Positions 63,201 through 64,000 of a stretch of DNA of 64,000 nt are shown here, piece after piece. A program made the translations under genes and the position numbers. The stretch's first letter is position 1. Every line of letters begins with the position of its first letter. The stretch covers positions 29,740,299 to 29,804,298 of the forward strand of contig NC_134025.1 in the NCBI RefSeq assembly GCF_964204645.1, in the 5' to 3' direction. Under the pieces are notes generated by a model. It ran no database searches, was not told where the DNA came from, and was given only the letters and a program-made list of their open reading frames with translations. The DNA is from Tubulanus polymorphus (taxonomy: Eukaryota > Animalia > Nemertea).

Positions 63201-64000
63201 GGCCCACATTATCGTTTTAGCTGAAGACGTTTGTTACACTTTTTACAACCCGATGCATACGTCTCGAAACTTCTAAAAATACGAATCGTGCGGAGCTGAG
63301 GTTCTTGCACGTAAAAATCATACAAACGCTTCCTCGATGGGGTCACCGATACCTGAAGACTACATCTTTTACGTTCAAAGATATTTTGAGAAATACGCGA
63401 TGCAGAAATTGAGAAGAACGTAGCATCGTCGTGTAATGTTGTATATTGTAAAGGACGGTAGTAGTAGTTACACCCACTCTCATCTATATGCCTGACTGGT
63501 AACGACATCTTGATATCACACATTCCTCTCGGGAGAATAAAGAAAATCATTAGGGAACGTATAAGCCTCTTTAGGATTTCCTGAAGACTGATAGATAGCA
63601 ACAGATAACATGAAAGACAGTGAAGATGCAAACAAATGATTCTGTCACAACTTTCTGCATTGGTCCACCTTCGTCTCTATACGATGATGACTATCGGTGA
63701 TGTGTTTTACGACTTACGCGAAGTAGGAATCTCAACTGGGTTCTTTTAGTCGAGAGCAATTATCGTTGACAGAAAATTAAGATTTTCTTAGAAACAGACG
63801 ATTTATCTCAGTCAAAAACTGGCCGTAGATAATTCGAGTGTGTGTGAGGCGTCTTAACATTCTGAACCGAATCACAGGCGTTCACAATGAACATCAACGT
63901 TATTACGCCTGCAGGAAATTTCAAGCGAAGTATCAGAATTTATTTCATCTCAAAACGATCAATTCGACACTGTGGAAGAAAAACAATAACGCCAACATCA

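Noticed and set aside
1-64000. CRISPR arrays, rRNA, intact tRNA genes, or transposase/reverse-transcriptase ORFs
   Set aside because: No repeat-spacer structure, conserved rRNA sequence, complete cloverleaf, or DDE/RT motifs were seen.

Overview
Eukaryotic, AT-rich genomic DNA with short GT-AG introns. It is from a bilaterian invertebrate, probably a lophotrochozoan; the species cannot be determined from sequence alone. I reconstructed seven protein-coding genes by hand with phase-consistent splice junctions: PRDM13 (+, 3 exons); a compact ~15.6-kb block of TRDMT1/DNMT2 (-, 9 exons), LRRC73 with a long Tyr/Gly/Ser low-complexity tail (+), cytoplasmic TrpRS WARS1 (-, 8 coding exons) and an AZUL+HECT UBE3A-like ligase (+, 24 exons), arranged as two head-to-head pairs; and two tandem FMRFamide/sex-peptide-receptor-like GPCRs with uninterrupted ORFs. 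The rest is non-coding, with many short TIR-bearing MITEs, microsatellites and a few possibly decayed coding fragments. The strongest unusual signals are a gene-conversion-like mosaic between the two GPCRs that spares the extracellular loops, the prion-like tail on LRRC73, and variant catalytic motifs in WARS1 (KMNAS) and the HECT ligase (AMTC). No rRNA, intact tRNA, CRISPR array or autonomous transposon was seen. All homology calls come from remembered motifs, not from database searches.
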